Source: Fimbriosthenelais zetlandica
Lineage: Eukaryota
NCBI GenBank assembly: GCA_977030845.1
Contig: OZ365112.1
Location: forward strand, 14,384,001-14,448,000
DNA length: 64,000 nucleotides
Reading direction: 5' to 3'
Part shown: in pieces, positions 1 to 12,100 of the stretch
Layout: each line of letters starts with the position of its first letter
Numbering within the stretch: position 1 is the stretch's first letter
Position numbers and translations under genes: made by a program
Notes under the pieces: model-generated
What the model saw: only the letters and a program-made list of their open reading frames with translations
Databases searched by the model: none
What the model was told of the DNA's origin: nothing

Positions 1-170
1 CCTGGTAGCCTGATCAAAAGATTCTTGGGCATAAAATAGAAGGTTGGTGGTATATTAAATAGGCAGTGGTGGAATTGTAATTAACTCATGGTTATCTATA
101 CGGTGGAGAGAGCTGGAGAGGTGGTTGTGATTGGTGGAGTGTGAATGATGGATAGTGTATACTCGTTTAG

Positions 171-184
171 ACACCAGATGGCAG
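171..184 (+). promoter_or_regulatory. CTCF-like motif
   Basis: ACACCAGATGGCAG, 13/14 match to CCRSYAGRKGGCRS. Confidence 0.45.
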
Positions 185-3100
185 TCGGGCTGAGGGATTA
201 GAGCGTCCCACTCTCTACACACTCCTACACACGCATACATATTACAACATGTACACCCATCACTACTTTCCTCAAACCACAAGTCCATAACTTTATGAAT
301 TTATTGGTTTAGACAGTCATTTTCCCATTTTAATCATATGGTTATTAATGTATGGTTCGTTAATAATTCAAATAATTTCAAATGATTCGCAACTGGACTT
401 TTGTGAAATGGAGTGCATCGATGTACAAACGAATGTTTTCATACTTTTAAGAAGATCCAGTCATTTTCTGTGTTGACAAATCGATGTTACGGTTGTTGAA
501 CAAGGGATCAAAATTCATTCTAAAAAGACCCCGTGACATCCATGCAGGACGCGATCGAATTGTTTTTGTTAGATTTTCGGCATGTTCTGAAGAACTTTCT
601 TTTGCACTCTGATTCTAGTTAAGTATATATAGCTTGGAATTTGTAAGGTCTGCTATTTGTCTTCCCACGATATCTAGAGAACTTAAAAAGATCTGAATTC
701 CGTCCCCCATGAGAAGCTTTCTCATGATGGAGGGAGTAGGCCAGCATCTTATTCTAATTATAATTTTCACACAAAAGCGCTCGGTGAGTAAGCTATTCCT
801 TGGAATTCCTTGCCCTCTATACAGCTTTGCTTTTTTCTCCACTTCCTGCAGAGGAGGTGGATAAAGAAAGGGGTCAGGATGTGTTGTGTGACGTGTGTGT
901 GGATGTGTTTGGACACCGTGGATAATCATCCCCTCACCCCGGGGTTGCTCCTCCATGGTGGCTGCACCCTGGAGTACCAGCTGGTATCATAACCATTCCC
1001 CCACACCTCGCCCTTTTCCACTCCTACCGTAAAAGATACCTACCTCCACTCACCTGGAAGCCGATATTAGGATCATCTGAATTACCGTCTTAACAATCAA
1101 ATGATTCATTTAGTTATACCCCTTCTATTTGCTATAAATGGTTATTTAATGGGGGTAAATGGTTAACTGCCCATGGCGACCTTTCCATGCTGTACGGTAG
1201 AGATGATGCTCTCTTTTTGCGCGGACGTGTACTCTGACCTTTCACCTTCAGCGATAAACTGATCAAAGGGCTGAGTAAGCGCGCCTTCTCCTGGGTCCCT
1301 CCACTCCTCCAGGGCCAGGGGTGTGTAGGTGGGAGATGTTTAATTACCGGGAGGCCCAGGAGGTGTGTGATTAGGGCCCTCTCATATCGGGTGGTTGGCG
1401 GGTAGGGGGTAGGGACTGGTACGTCCAAGTGACGACCTGTCATCACGTCAAACTGAATATCTCATAGTGAGGTAGATTCCGCCAAGACCTTATCCTCTCT
1501 ATGGCTTTATCCGGTGTACATATGACGTATGCTAGAGGCATGAACTTATGTGGTGCGTGACGTTATGTCGCATAAGATACTGCTTGTTTTGTACTGGGGC
1601 GAAACTTCATAATATACTAGTATCATATAAAATTGTCATCCAATTGATTTTAGAAAGTCCCTTATAATTTGGAATCGTGTGAAATTGTCAATGCCCTGAT
1701 GATTTAACAATTGGCCTTCGTTACTTAATTTATCTTTTCTTTAATAATATGCCAAGAGTAGGAATATGCCATTTATATAATAATTAAAGCATGGGAAATC
1801 ATTCCAGTTATGTTAATCACAGTTAAGTTGTGAAAGGATAGGGCCTGTGAATACCACATCCGTTTTGGGATCTAACTGAAAATGGGATCAGAGCCAACAA
1901 TGATGGCGAGGCATGATATGAAAAGGGCAGGAGTGGCAGGTCTGACAGGGCTGGGCTCAACTGAAAGGTGGCCAGGCTAAAAAGTTGATAGGTGTGGAGG
2001 AAATATCTGTTTCTTCTCCTCCTGCCAGACGCCCGCCCAGCCACATTTACCAGGTGTCGAGGATTAGCTCTGCCCACACTCTGGGAGAATTCAAGTACAT
2101 GTATTGTGAAAATGGAGGAACTTTATTTATTCTAATACGAAATGAGAACAACTATAACTTTTATAATCTATACGGATTGAAATCTGCCTTTTAAGGGTGT
2201 ATGGATTTGGTAAATGTCCTGGGTGTACATGTATAATTATGGGGTGATGAAGGGTACATGAATAGAGCTATATTATAGAGATTTTCTTTCCATGAGTATT
2301 TGGAGTATTTAGGTATTAGGTGGGTGTCTACAGGTGGATTTTTGGCTGTGCTGACAGCACCATGACGGTGTTGACGGAGCCCTGTCACTGGCTGACCCAC
2401 AGAGCTGCTCTCAGTGATAAGAGAGGTGGAGGACAGCATCTGTAATCACATTGCTGACTAGGCCATACGAGAGGACCAGTCCTCAACACGGCTATAAAAA
2501 AATATACCTATATTAATAGTGTCAGTAGTGCACGAGAAAAGGAATGAGGATGGGTGAAAACATTATGAATTTTAATGTATATATATATATTCCTTGAACT
2601 TTATTCAAATTTAAGTCATGTTTCTGCTTCAAGAGCATTTACTTCCCAATAGTGTGTAGATAGATTTTCTGTCCACATAATTGAATTATTCCCCGTTACC
2701 TTTATTTGTACTGATCTGATGCTTGGTCACCAAGTAATTATAAATGGATTAAGGCATGCATTCCAGCCTGGCATGGTTGAGATGTTACCATTTTGATATC
2801 GCTTGACCCTTTATATGACAATCAGGTGGAGCACATTCCTGCTTGGAACCTGTGATGGGCTAATACTCTCCGGGTTTTAGGGGGCCAGGACCTTTGAAGT
2901 TAGCCCATGTCAGGCTAGAACAGGGGGTGTAAAGGTGTCTGGAGGAGGGATGTTTTGACTACCCATCCATACCTTTCCTCCTGTACCCCCTCCAGTGTCC
3001 CAACTATGTGATGTTCCTCCAGCAGCTGGTGTGTATGACGGGCATGACCGACCATGGGATCCTCCTTCTCCTCCGGGCTCTCCTTGGTAACCTCCTCCTG

Positions 3101-6100
3101 GGTTCCTCCTGGGCATGGGGCACCCCTTACCATATCCTCATCCATCATCCAGGGTCAGATTTTGACATATTTACTTATTGAAAGCGCCAGGCTGACCCTG
3201 GAGTGACGGCTCCTGACTGGTGCCTTCTCCATGGCAACCCACACCCTGGAGGTAGAGAGAGAAGGCCCTCCTCCTGCTCGCCATCCTCCTTCTCCACGGT
3301 CTAAAGTTTCTGGGTTACACCCGTTGGAGAATGCACATTCCTCTAACTGTCCTGAAAAACACAAAAACGAATATTTCTAAGCTAGACATAACAATGATAC
3401 AATTCCAGAATCATTCTACCGTTCTTATCCTTATCAATATGCTGTAAAACTTTTGACAAATTACGTAAATAGTTTATGGTAATTATCTCACATGGATCTT
3501 TTAATTACAAAACCCTTAATTATTAAAACTATTGAGACCCCTCCCCTCCCCGCCTCCCATGATTCCACAAAGTTCAATGGGAAAAAACGAGGAAAGTTCC
3601 AAATAGTATTCCTTAATTTGAAGAGTAAATAGATTGCTAAGCTGATACTGATGTAATATGATGTTGAATACTCATGTCAAGCCCGGGTCTGCAGACATAC
3701 TGATATAGAAGGGGAAAATTGACTTTGCCTTAGTTAAACTCTATCTGATAGGTGCCAGTTACTGTAAGATTAATCTACGTGACCAGTAGGGGTCTCTACA
3801 GGGCCCCTTTGGGGGTCCACTGGTGGAATTCGGACGGAATGTGCCCAAGTCGGCCCTATTTTTACTCAGCTGATAAACTTCTGACCCCTTCCACAACTTT
3901 GAATGATAATATTCTTACGAATCAAATTACATTCATCATACATAAAGTCACCCACGCCCTTGTAGATGCTCCGAAATCAACTTCTTCTTTAACTTTTTAG
4001 TTATTTTGGTCCTTTTGTAAATTGTGAAGTAGAACCATGAACCCATAACTACGAAAGAAACTTACATTACAGAAGTAAAATATAATATCTCAAAGTATCA
4101 TAAACTCGCTTTATTCTAGATACTTGCCAAAACCACTAGATAGTAACATCCAAAAGATACATTGCAGAAATTTTGAAAGCAAAGGATACATTTTTATGGT
4201 CTCTAACTATACCTGACCAGACCCTATGGCAGAAGCCCGAAACCTGTCTAAAGAAGGGAGATGTAATATCTAGTTATACATGTCTCAATCTTTGGTCATT
4301 AGTTAGTTATACTTCGTATTTTACGACTTATTTTACGACATCGCTGATAATGTACAAGTTTATTTTTACGACATCACAGTCCAATTGACGGTAGTTACAC
4401 GAAGGACACACCATACCCATAATAACAATGGCGATCGCTTGCTTGTTATGCCTATGGGCCTGTTTCAAAAGAAATATCAAAGCTAAGTCTATGGCTAATA
4501 TTCGTTTGGAAACAGGCTCCTGTATGATCTCCTTCCTGTGTCTTACACTATACATATGATTACCTGAGTGACCTAGATAATGGACAGAAATCAATACAGT
4601 ATTGTGGCACTATAAAAACGATCATTTTAAAGCCACTTCCAGGCCAGGTTAAATTTCTAATCTGATCGTAAGATCCTAGTTTTGAACACCTCATGAAGTC
4701 GTGTCCTATAGCTAAAAACCTTGTGGTTTAGTTCATTATAAGCGATCCATCAAAGTCCTTCTGGCTTCCGGGAAAGATTAATCACTGGCATGTCATGGGT
4801 GTAAGGGGCAATATAAAGAGGCCTAAAACAAGTTATTTAACCACAGAAAGCGTGACACCATCAACACGGGTCACAAGTCTGCCTCCAATAGTCTTACCAC
4901 TGCTCCTGTCACCTATTACACCCCACCTGACTGATCATTTATTTCTCTGATATTTGCTCCCCAAAAATTGGCTTATCTCAAGATCGAGATTGCAACGAAT
5001 TTAACCCGATGTCAGGTGTACAAAATGTGCTTTCTTGTCTTATCGGAATATATAGAAAGTGTCAGTCACGGAAAAAACAGCAAAGGACAGACATCCCCAT
5101 GGGAAAGAGTGTTGCACTTAAAATGTTTGTGTGAAGACCAAGTATTTACAAATAATTGTGTTACTATTGATGTCCAATGGTTAGTAGTGAAACCACAGTA
5201 ACGAAAACATGGAAAGTAGACACTGTAAACATCCTTTTAGGGGCTGAGATAGCCGGCTTGTATTATGTGGCGCTTCAAGAGCAGCTTGGCTTTGATTAGG
5301 AATCTGGTTTATCGAGTGGTTCATCTGCCTGAGTGGTTCAGGCATATAGACACCCTGCTGAGTATGGGAAAGGCTGTATGAATAGGACAATTATTTCTTA
5401 TATTTGTCAGCTTGAAAATGGGAATAGATAGTTACATAACATTTCTTTTCATAACGGCTGAATACAGTTAGATGTCAGTGATTGACACTGATAAACTGAT
5501 GATAAGCTGATAAATCTAGGTGACTTGTGGGAAAATTTTGTCATTAAAATTAGCTGTTACACAAGTCAATGGTCTTACACAAGTGAAGGCTTAAATGATG
5601 TTATGTGACATACAACTGATTTTATCAGGACATGGGTGGTATCTAAATATGACGCAAATGTCAAAAGTAAAAGAAAAATAGCGGTGAAGCCCCGACGCGT
5701 TTGGTTTCAAAGGAATTATTTCAGGGGCATTGATATGCATCCTTTATCAAACAAACTATTCAACTTCACAACTTCTCACTATAGCATAGGAATACTCCAC
5801 TGTTGAAATAGGACAGTCCAATAAGCTGGCTCAATAGGCTAACAATTGGTTGGAGGGGTGGAAGAAGAAAGGGGTCAGAGAAAGTTGGCATTTGGGATTA
5901 TATCAGTTTACCCCGCGTCTAGGACCTTAGTTCAGGCTATTTCCAACATGTCAAAGCTAGTTTTTAAGGCCCTTTTCCCAGACTCTTGTCAGATGTTTCG
6001 TTGGGGGTGTCAGTTAGGGAAGTAGGGCTGGGGGCTTTCTTTTCGGTCTCCATTCATTGGGTTGTGAAGGGTTTTAGGAGTTGGGATAGAATGACTCTGT

Positions 6101-9100
6101 CAGCCTCTTCTCTGGCTAGAGGAGAAGGTTTTTCGGGAGGACCGGCGGAGGGAGATGGGGGCAGACAGGGCCGTGACCCCGGGTCACTGGTAGACGCTTA
6201 ATAAATGCTGTGGTGTCAATCAATGCGGAACGAAAACTCGCTCTGCAACGTGTCCACTTCTAAACACAAGTTTTGATTTCTCTTCCCTTAGTGTAACTTT
6301 TTTCTGTCTGCCTTTGACCTTTTCTCACATTTTTAGCTCACTCAAGATTCTTAGATGAGACACACAAGGCCGTATCTATTGAGTCTTGAAGCCATACCAT
6401 CGTATCTAACCAAAATCTGAAAGTTAGTATCAAGCAGTTATATGTTTCGTACTCAAAGAATCAAACATTAAATGCTGACACATGCTGATGCAAATGTCAC
6501 CTTTGCAAGCTGCAAACCCGATAATCCTATATATTTATTCGCTGCATTTTATAGGCGCCTCCTCAGATTGTGGTCCTTGGAAAGTAATTAACGAAATTTC
6601 CACTGATTTCCAATACCAGTCTCTGTATACATAGCATCTGCTGTTGGAGAATAGTTCTGCCGATTCGGACAGTGATAGCTGTTTTCCCGTTCACTGCACT
6701 TGAAACGAAAAATTTTCCGGGCAGGAAAGCAAAGGACAAAAGTGGGAGGACGCGGGTACCCGGAGGCTCGTTTTTGGCTTCCAATGGATTCCCAATGTTC
6801 AGAACTAGATGTCCATCCCCCGTCTCTGCTCGATGCTCCCCAACTCGATTACTTTCCAATTCATTCAACCTTTTAGCTTTAAAGCTTTTTGTTCTCCAAA
6901 ACTCAATTTCAGTTTATTCCGGGAGGCACTAGCCATTGGGTGTGTTTCAACACTGGGGAGATGATAGCCTTCCTTGCACTCATTTCTGGAGACCATGCAG
7001 GGAATTACCAAGTGTATTTCATACTCATTTTAGGCGTCTATTATCTCAGAATAATGCAAAGAATTAATTGCATAAATCAAAAATATGAGCTGCTATTGGG
7101 ATTTTAGTTCCAAATGTACGTGGAATGGACTTTTGATTATGGAACGAAAGATGCTTTTATCGTTTCTTTCTTGGTGAGAAAAACCAATTTATATTTCCAA
7201 CAAGTAATCCCTTCATGGGGATCTAGATCCCATCTCATGATTAGAAGCCACCGTCACATCTCTTCTGCCACAGAGTGAGTATAAACAGTTTAGATTTTAA
7301 CAAAAGCCTAAATTGAATTCTAATTTTTATCTCATTTCTAATTCAGTCGGTGCAGCCGCACGGGGTCTTGTTTTTCTCTCCCAGTCCCTGTCCATTTTCA
7401 GTGTACATTTCCAAATGAAATGAACGAGTGAGTCACGCTTGGCCCCTCGGGCCTTCCTACACTGACCCTTAAGTATTGATCTTGATGGGACACAATGCCG
7501 GGGTTATATAGCCCCTGACTTAACCCTTTACAGGGGTGTGATCATGTTCTTTCGTCTTATATTCACTTTTTATTTCTTGACGCTCTCTCTGTCTCTTCAA
7601 ATGGTTCTCTTTCGACACATGCTTCCATGTAAAACTCGTTCTAGTAAATATTGCCATATGAATTTCCAGTATAGGAAATTACCAGTACAGAAACTGCGAA
7701 TGCATCCAGTATGTTAAGGATTTAAGGTTTTCTCTCATCCGTCCTTGCTATGTCCAGTGCATATTTAAATGAAATGTTTGATGAAAGACTAATTTCCGTT
7801 TGTTTCTATTAATATTGTGAGTAAGTCCAACAGTAACAATGAATCGTGTCTTCATATGCAAAATGTTTGTCGGAAATTACAGCTCAGAACTGAATTGCAA
7901 TAGAACTCGTGTTTTGAACTGTAAATTTGTGTTCATCACATTTCATTTAACAAAATTCCTATGAATTAATCTCGAACGAAACTCCCAGGCGCCGATGGTC
8001 AAATATTGAGGTCTGGGGCTGCTGGAAACGACTGGTAAAAAAAGTCTCGTCCCAGAACGGGCTAGGACCAAAACATGTTTATTCTGCCATGTTGACTCCA
8101 AGAAAAAAATTACCAGGCATGGCGCCATTGTTTGGAGGAGCAAGTTGGGATGAGGGTGGAGTGTTGGATTGTCTAGCTTTTTTCTATGACGGTGGAAGTG
8201 ATTATTGTATAGTTATTCAAGTAATTTTACCACACATATCGCATTGCTTGCTACCATTCTTTGTGTTTTAGGACTTATGTTCTGAAATTCAATCATTATT
8301 GTGGGTTATATGTGAAATATTGTGACGATTTTCATTGATAGAGCTCGTAGCAACTTCGCTCTATTCTCAGATAGATTTCCTATCAATGGATAGATAGCAC
8401 GAGGGGGAAAGGGGTGAGGGAGAGGAAGGCAGTGAGTAGCGGGATTTAATGGGGGCCTTTAGTGTCTAGAGAGCCCATACATCATGGAAGCGATTGACCC
8501 AAACTGGGCCAAACGATTAGTCATGTCTTAATAGTGTCCGTCACCATTCCGACCTAGAAACCCACTGTAGACACACTAGCTTCCGGGTCGAGGACAGTTT
8601 GGGTGAAATTTTGGGGAAAATTGGGGAATTTTCGTTGTTTTAAAGTACAGAACCGTGACCTCTTGCCCTTGAACTGTGATCGGTGCACTTCAGGGGTGCA
8701 GCCGGGAGTCTGAGAGTCCTGGACGCGGCCGCTCCACCTCCCATCTAATTTCACTATTTTGAGTCCTTTGAACAGATTTCTTCCTAGTTTTGAAGTTGTA
8801 TTCTATACCACGGGTGATATGATTATACAAATTATTCCCTTTTGACTTCAAAGCAGAAACAAGTTCACTTTCATCACTGTTTTACCGAGGCTAAGTTTTG
8901 GCAAAAATTGAAAATTCTGACGCCATGTCATTTCTTTTCCATCTGTGGGGCTTCTGAGGCTTTAATTGCCAGTTTTCAGGCCAGCTTTTTCAGATTCAAA
9001 GCCTGATCTCGTTTCCTCTTCATTAAGATGAAGTTCAGTAAAACAGATGTTTCCCCCCTTGACCTGGACATATCCCATCAAGTTTTGAAGGCAAGTTTGA

Positions 9101-12100
9101 CGCCGACATGTTTTCCTACACTTGGCACCCCCCACCGGTCATATACCGGCGGTTAGATGATAAGTTTCATGTATGCCAAGGAAAAGAAGGCCGCAGAACT
9201 ATCCTATGACAGTTGATGTCTTATCTTAAATAGCCTCGGGGGGTTTCAGTTAAAAGAAAATAAAAACTGATCTGCTTTGATGTAGCTTCCATCTTAACGT
9301 CTTTCTTCTCCACGCTCTCTCCAAAACTTCACTCTGTGCTCACAATTCTGAGAACGTGTCGTTTTTTAACCAAGGACACAGAAGTCTGTTTTCTAATTGA
9401 TGAAATGAAAATATTAGATTTCCTTGGTTGGAAGAGGGGATTAAGATTGCTTTTGGACGCTGGGGGATGGGAGACCGTCCGGACGCATGAATGCTGGCCG
9501 GAGTAGGCGCCCCAGGCTCGGTAGAGAGGAGGGCTGTGTGGGGCGAGGAAGTGGTATGGAGGTCTAATCCCTGGTGTACCGAGTCAAGGGGTGATGGATG
9601 GGGTGATGATTTCGCCCCGGACTAGCGATCCCACTTAGATTATACCCCTAAAGGGTCTCTAGCAAGTCAAAGGGTTAAATCCGTAGACTCTTCTTTTGGA
9701 AAGCCTACTATATGCAAATTTTAAATATGAATAGACCTTTTCATTTGTCGGGGCGATTTAGGAAAATTCGTTTAGCTCTTAATTAGATATATATGCAGTC
9801 AACGAATTTTATGCATAACCATTAACTAGGTACTTAAAACTTTTAATGTAGATCAGTATTTACCCAAATTCTTCCTCTTATAATTTAGAAATACTACACA
9901 TATAGAAATTAATGCGGTTTAATTGTTGTGGTCTCTGACCTTGAACGGAACTTCTAACATTTTGCCCAATTACCTACTTAATTGCTTAATGAAGACAATG
10001 ATTTGGTATCTTAATAATCTAAAATTATTTGCTTTAATAAATCGAATCCAATTGGTGTCAGAAATCCAATAAATGTATCTATGTCGTTGAGAATTCATTG
10101 ACGTAGCACTTACACCGCAATATTTATGCTGGGACTTAAGTCTCAAGTATGGGGGTGTGAAAGTGGATGAAAAAAACATAAGCAAAGTTCATTGGATTTC
10201 TTCTAAGTACTACTTGACCCCATGTGTCAAATTTAGCCCACTTTTTTAACCCCCCAATCTCTCCAGCACGGGAGCTGTTGAGTCAGGAGAGGAGGGATGT
10301 ATTTTAACAGTCGCAGACAAGTATTTCTCAACAGAATCATTCCAGTGATTAGAGCGGGAGCAGGCGGGTTATAACCTATATGTTGTATAGAGAGGTTAGG
10401 AGGAGAGTTTTTGTGTTAGGATTCTGTTAGTAGCGTGGTGAGTTTTGACCTAGTGGGTCTATAGTCGATGACAGGAGCAGGAGGGGGAGGCTGGTGAGGG
10501 GTGATGAATGAGTTCCATGGCATGGACTGGCTTCTCCACACCACCACCATGCACCCCACCACCCAGCACCGCCACCACCGTTCCTAGCTTGTCTGGCACC
10601 ACCAAAACATTGGCTTCCCAGGCCCTCATCACATGGCTTCAGGCATAGTCCATAGTGGCTTCCATCACTACAATATACTCTTTGAATAATGATTGGATAT
10701 CCCCTACAAATATTTTATTTGTTTACCTCATACTTTGCTCTATTTCGTTCCATTCGTATGATAGTATTTTCCTATATAAATTATATTCTTTTCTGAAACA
10801 TTATTTGGCTTTTGCGTGACTACAAGAGCATTGCTCTGTCTGGTCCAGCACGTACTTTTGGTCTGGGATATATACAATGCAGGAGAGTATTGGATGATAC
10901 AGAAATGTGGTCTGGGTCTCTATATAGATGTATCGGTATCTGGTATAATCATTAGTTTTGGCTGCTGAGGGGTATATAGGTGGAATAGCGCGGATGAGAA
11001 GTGGAAGGGATTGAAGGGTGGGTGAAAAAGTGCATCCATACGTCCGGCTGACGGCTGTATCCACTAGTAGGCTGGGATAATTGTGGAAGTAACATTTCCT
11101 GACAGGATTTTGGCACCTTGTATCCACCCCCCCCCCCTCCTGTTTTCAACCCCCAGCTTCTCCTATCACTTTTTCCACATCTGGGATCTGCATGGAGCGT
11201 GTTAGGGGGTTTAGCCCGCAGGACCAGCAAAAGCCCCTTAGGTATGGAGAAGGAGAAAGGGTAAATAAACTTGAGGTGTATACATGTGGGTACTTTCAGG
11301 AATCCCTTTGACCTCTATATGGGACCTTTCACTAATTATCTCCGACCTTCTCTGAATGCTGGTTGGCTACATACCAAAGGTGCTGAAGCTCCCTTTCAAA
11401 CATACACAATTAGGACAGATCTTTGCATTGAATTTAATTCATTAAATCGACTGTCTGTGCTCGACTGTCTGTGACTTATGACTAGGCATTGAATGATAAT
11501 TTATTGAACGAAAATTCTCATCCCAGTCAAACCATGTTATTGTCCTTCTTATCCGTCATCCCTTCTCTCTTCTGTTGCTGTTCTTCCCCCTGAGTATGAG
11601 TTTCTGGGATGGACGTCAACACGTGTGCTTGTCTATCTTCCCCTTTAGTCTCAGTTTCATCCCACCTTTATGTGCCTCTAGAATGGCTTGAAATTTATTG
11701 GTTAAATATGTCGCGACCAGTCGCGCCCCGATCAGAGGCGACAGACCTGACAGAGGTCGCGATCCGTTATAATTGGAGATGTCGCGACTCAATAATTGAA
11801 TCCATTTCTCATGCGATTTGGAAATATCTTGCTTTTTAAGTTTTTTCTCTCGCCATATTGTTCCTTTTCGCGTGCCAAGTTGTCATGATTAGGTTCTTAC
11901 ATGGGACATGAAATGGTTGATGATAACTTAGAGTTTTACTCTAAGATGATAATGAACATATATATATCTTTCAAGTATGCACTACCTATTTTTTCAAACC
12001 TCAATTTTCGGTTGATTCAAAGTAAAGTCTACGAGGGGCGAGCTGTGTTCGTTAAGTCCAATTTGTGCCCTGAGCACGAGTGAAGTACTCACTCGAGACC

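Noticed and set aside
1468-1475. TGAGGTAG let-7-like 5' end
   Set aside because: The match stops after 8 nt and there is no complementary arm.
2910-3364. Minus-strand acidic/Gly-rich short ORFs
   Set aside because: No recognisable domain, and the candidate exon 3351-3131 has stops in all frames; at most non-coding.
9121-9180. Possible three-way junction (CTTGGCA/TGCCAAG, CCGGT/ACCGG, ATGA/TCAT)
   Set aside because: Short stems, no ribozyme or tRNA core; plausible by chance.
10611-10662. TGGCTTC recurring every 22-23 nt
   Set aside because: The spacers are unrelated and there are only three copies; a weak decayed repeat at best, not CRISPR-like.
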